Below are positions 4,284 to 6,028 of a DNA stretch of 6,028 bases, in pieces. Made by a program: the position numbers and the translations under genes. Below the pieces are notes generated by a model. That model worked only from the letters and a program-made list of their open reading frames with translations, was not told where the DNA came from and did no database searches. The stretch's first letter is position 1; each line of letters begins with the position of its first letter. This stretch comes from a virus: the IMG/VR virus record IMGVR_UViG_3300045988_005292; one strand, 5' to 3'.

Positions 4284-5321
4284 ATGATAGGAGCAATAAT
4301 GGGAATAGGAGGAGCTCTAATGGGAGCACTCAACGCGAACAGCGCAAGTAACCAGAGTTGGCAAAGACAACACCAGCTAATGGAAATACAAGCTGAATTG
4401 AACAGAAAAAACGCCAAATTCAATACAACGCAAGCGAAAGAAATGTGGAATTACACCAACTTTGAAAACCAAATGAAACACATAAAAGATGCAGGACTAA
4501 GTCCAGGGCTAATTTATGGAATGGGAGGACAAGGAGGCTCAACACAAGGAGCAGGAACAGCAAGCGGAGTAGGACTGCCTCAAGACCAATCTGTAGGAAT
4601 GGGTCTAAGAGCACAGGAAATCGGAATAGAAATGGCAAACGCACTAAGCCAAATAAAACTTAATGAAAGCCAAGCTAACAAAAACGAAGCCGAAGCAAAT
4701 AAAATCAAAGGCGTAGATACAGAAGCGCAACAAGCCACCATTGACAATCTAATAGCGCAAACCTCAAACGAAAAAATAAAACGAGGACTTATATTAGGAC
4801 AAATCAGAGTAGCAGACGCCGAAGAAGAACTAAAAAGAAATACCGCAGATTGGACGAAAGAAAAAGCCGAGGAAACACGCTGGAACGTTAAAAGCCTCAA
4901 AAAAGGAATTGACAAGCTAACAGCGGAAATTGACGGAGTAGACCTCGACAATGAGCTAAAAAGAAAAACGATTGACAACAAAGTAAAAGAGAGTTCTCTA
5001 ATACTCCAAAACCTAATGGCTGAAATATTACTGAAGGGAAGCCAGAAAAAAGTTAATGAAGAACAGGCAAAAGCAATTCCAGCAGAAATATTACAAGGGT
5101 GGGAAAAACTTGTCAAAGAAGGAAAAGCTCTAATCATTCAAAAAGATCAGATGGAAGCCTACGCGCAAGATGTGATAAACAGATACGAACTAGGTAAAAA
5201 AGGTCTAGATATCGAAGAGCAAAAACTTATCAAAGACATTATACTAGGAATGTTAGAAATAGCATCCAAGGGAGCAGGAGCAGCCATGGGAGCAAAAGTA
5301 GGTAAAACAGGTTTTCAATAA
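4284..5321 (+). CDS. VP2: DNA pilot / minor capsid protein (Microviridae VP2, phiX174 H-like), 345 aa.
   Basis: The N-terminus is Gly-rich and hydrophobic (MIGAIMGIGGALMGAL). KDAGLSPGLIYGMGGQGG (about 4485-4538) matches a block I recall as typical of microvirus VP2 proteins. A long charged region with heptad-like spacing follows (LKRNTADWTKEKAEETRWNVKSLKKGIDKLTAEIDG...). The C-terminus is again Gly/Ala-rich (ASKGAGAAMGAKVGKTGFQ). Its position between the capsid and rep genes fits this call. Confidence 0.85.
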   Translation: MIGAIMGIGGALMGALNANSASNQSWQRQHQLMEIQAELNRKNAKFNTTQAKEMWNYTNFENQMKHIKDAGLSPGLIYGMGGQGGSTQGAGTASGVGLPQDQSVGMGLRAQEIGIEMANALSQIKLNESQANKNEAEANKIKGVDTEAQQATIDNLIAQTSNEKIKRGLILGQIRVADAEEELKRNTADWTKEKAEETRWNVKSLKKGIDKLTAEIDGVDLDNELKRKTIDNKVKESSLILQNLMAEILLKGSQKKVNEEQAKAIPAEILQGWEKLVKEGKALIIQKDQMEAYAQDVINRYELGKKGLDIEEQKLIKDIILGMLEIASKGAGAAMGAKVGKTGFQ

Positions 5322-5322
5322 T

Positions 5323-6028
5323 ATGTGTCTATATCCTAAACTCATACTAAACAAGCGGTATCTACCAACGAAAAAAAATGGTGGGGTACCGCCTGTTTGT
5401 CCAGATAAAAGATTACGTTATATAACAGCAGCATGCGGAGACTGTTACGAGTGTAGAAAACAAAAACAAAGGCAATGGGTGGTAAGAATGTCAGAGGAAA
5501 ACAGGCAAACACCAAATGCTTATTTTCTAACACTAACAATCGATGATAAATCATACAAGCAAATAAGCAAAAAATACAAATTAAAAGACGACAATGATAT
5601 TGCAACAAAAGCCATAAGATTATGCCTAGAAAGAGTACGGAAATTAACCGAAAAATCCGTAAAACACTGGTTTATTACAGAACTAGGACACGAAAAGACA
5701 GAAAGATTGCATCTCCACGGGATAGTATGGGGCTTAGGAAATGGCAAGAAAATAACAGACAATTGGAAATACGGTTTCACATTCACCGGCTATTTTGTGA
5801 ATGAAAAAACAATCAATTACATCACAAAATACATGCTAAAAATCGACGAAAAACACCCAAAATTCAGAGGGAAAGTATTATGCTCGGCAGGAATAGGGGC
5901 AGGATACCTCAAGCGAGAGGACGCCAAAAAACATGTATACATACAAGGCAAAACAAACGAATCGTACCGAATGAGAAACGGTGGAAAACTCAATCTACCA
6001 ATCTATTACAGAAACAAAATATTTACAG
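5323..6028 (+). CDS. VP4: Replication initiation protein (Microviridae VP4 / gpA-like HUH rolling-circle endonuclease), N-terminal part. The frame is open to the window end and continues at 80..414 on the circle.
   Basis: ATG at 5323 lies 1 nt after the VP2 stop (TAA 5319-5321). There is no stop in this frame before the window end, which is why the ORF track omits it. My translation is MCLYPKLILNKRYLPTKKNGGVPPVCPDKRLRYITAACGDCYECRKQKQRQWVVRMSEENRQTPNAYFLTLTIDD...RLHLHGIVWGLG...INYITKYMLK... RCR motif 1 is FLTLT (5524-5538). Motif 2 (HUH) is HLHGIVW (5710-5730). Motif 3 is YITKYMLK with two tyrosines (5818-5841), compare phiX174 gpA YVAKYVNK. An N-terminal Cys cluster (C26, then CGDCYEC) is typical of Microviridae VP4. 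The full protein across the junction is 346 aa. Confidence 0.92.
   Translation, partial: MCLYPKLILNKRYLPTKKNGGVPPVCPDKRLRYITAACGDCYECRKQKQRQWVVRMSEENRQTPNAYFLTLTIDDKSYKQISKKYKLKDDNDIATKAIRLCLERVRKLTEKSVKHWFITELGHEKTERLHLHGIVWGLGNGKKITDNWKYGFTFTGYFVNEKTINYITKYMLKIDEKHPKFRGKVLCSAGIGAGYLKREDAKKHVYIQGKTNESYRMRNGGKLNLPIYYRNKIFT
5950..6028. repeat. Terminal direct repeat copy B, identical to 1..79.
   Basis: Same comparison as for copy A. Base 5949 (c) has no counterpart at the start of the window, so the repeat is exactly 79 nt as presented. Confidence 0.95.

Noticed and set aside
4420-5137. Minus-strand ORFs 4580..5137 and 4420..4644, antisense to VP2.
   Set aside because: Same compositional artefact. 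They have no start context and their translations are low-complexity and hydrophobic.
5342-5804. ORFs 5342..5608 (-), 5520..5786 (-) and 5622..5804 (+) inside the rep region.
   Set aside because: All overlap the frame that carries the complete set of HUH, two-Tyr and Cys-cluster Rep motifs. The + strand one is an off-frame Arg/Lys-rich read of the same A-rich sequence.

Overview
This window appears to be one complete circular ssDNA phage genome of the family Microviridae, linearised with a 79-nt terminal overlap. Bases 1..79 are identical to 5950..6028, so the unit length is 5,949 nt. All credible genes are on the + strand and tightly packed. They are: a rolling-circle HUH replication initiator (VP4-like, 5323..6028, continuing in frame into 1..414), five small ORFan genes (733..1848), a 644-aa major capsid protein (VP1/F-like, 1857..3791), a small 105-aa protein (3805..4122) and a DNA-pilot/minor capsid protein (VP2/H-like, 4284..5321). 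Four things point to an Alpavirinae-like, Bacteroidetes-infecting microvirus: the gene order, the long capsid protein, A-rich leaders without Shine-Dalgarno sequences, and one exact Bacteroidetes-type promoter (TTTG-N20-TAtaTTTG, 674..705). That lineage assignment is my inference and needs a phylogeny. Only two sizeable non-coding regions exist, and both are strongly structured. The first is a ~200-nt GC-rich island (417..625; about 55% GC by hand count, against about 17-33% in the flanks) full of hairpins and mutually exclusive helices. I could not assign it to any known RNA family. The second is a set of three consecutive hairpins downstream of the capsid gene and the small ORF that follows it (4127..4266). 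These two regions are the most interesting parts of the window, as candidates for a complementary-strand origin, a structured RNA or an attachment site. Also worth a look are a 68-aa membrane protein that could be a single-gene lysis factor and an isolated perfect Shine-Dalgarno sequence. No rRNA, tRNA, CRISPR array or transposase is visible.
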